DNA of 64,000 bases, from NCBI RefSeq assembly GCF_006345805.1, contig NC_042998.1, positions 21,824,001 to 21,888,000 on the forward strand, in the 5' to 3' direction. Every line of letters begins with the position of its first letter. Within the stretch, counting starts at the first letter, position 1. The notes beneath the pieces are model-generated. The model had not been told where the DNA came from. It worked only from the letters and a program-made list of their open reading frames with translations, and did no database searches. Source of the stretch: Octopus sinensis. Lineage: Eukaryota. This document shows positions 63,757-64,000 of this stretch, piece by piece. A program made the position numbers and the translations under genes.

Positions 63757-64000
63757 GTCTGTCTGTCTGTCTGTCCGTCCGTCTATACACATAATGACAC
63801 ACACACACATGTATGAAATGGGCTTCTTTCAGTTTCTGCCTGCCAAATGCACTCGCATGGCTTTGGTTGGCCCAAGGCTATAGTAGAAGAAACTTGCCTA
63901 AGGTGTCACACTGAACAATGTGGTTGGGAAGCAACACTCTCACTACACAGCCATTCCTGCTGGCAAATTTCCTTCAGATCACTTCTCTACAATATTATGA

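Overview
AT-rich, repeat-saturated animal genomic DNA (intron or intergenic), not prokaryotic. The SINE repertoire and the very dense (TA)n/(CA)n/(ATCT)n/(AAT)n microsatellites resemble an Octopus-type cephalopod genome; this is inferred from recognising the repeats, not from a search. No intact protein-coding gene can be supported, and most ORFs in the supplied track are microsatellite or SINE translations. Recognisable coding remnants are all decayed transposon pieces: three Penelope-like element (PLE) fragments, a mariner transposase, an RLE-type non-LTR element, two CR1 3' ends, two RTE fragments and a Helitron PIF1 helicase. There are also piggyBac-like and hAT MITEs, a non-autonomous Helitron and a HINE. 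The most notable signal is a set of small non-coding repeats carrying minimal type-I hammerhead ribozyme motifs with a palindromic helix III: a near-canonical one at 23366-23413, core-variant ones in a ~200-bp (TA)n-anchored mini-element present in four copies, and one embedded in a tRNA-headed (Pol III) SINE present on both strands. Other signals are head-to-tail SINE multimers with a fixed AG|GT junction inside a single TSD, several long inverted repeats, and scattered short exon-like segments that I could not assign to a known gene.
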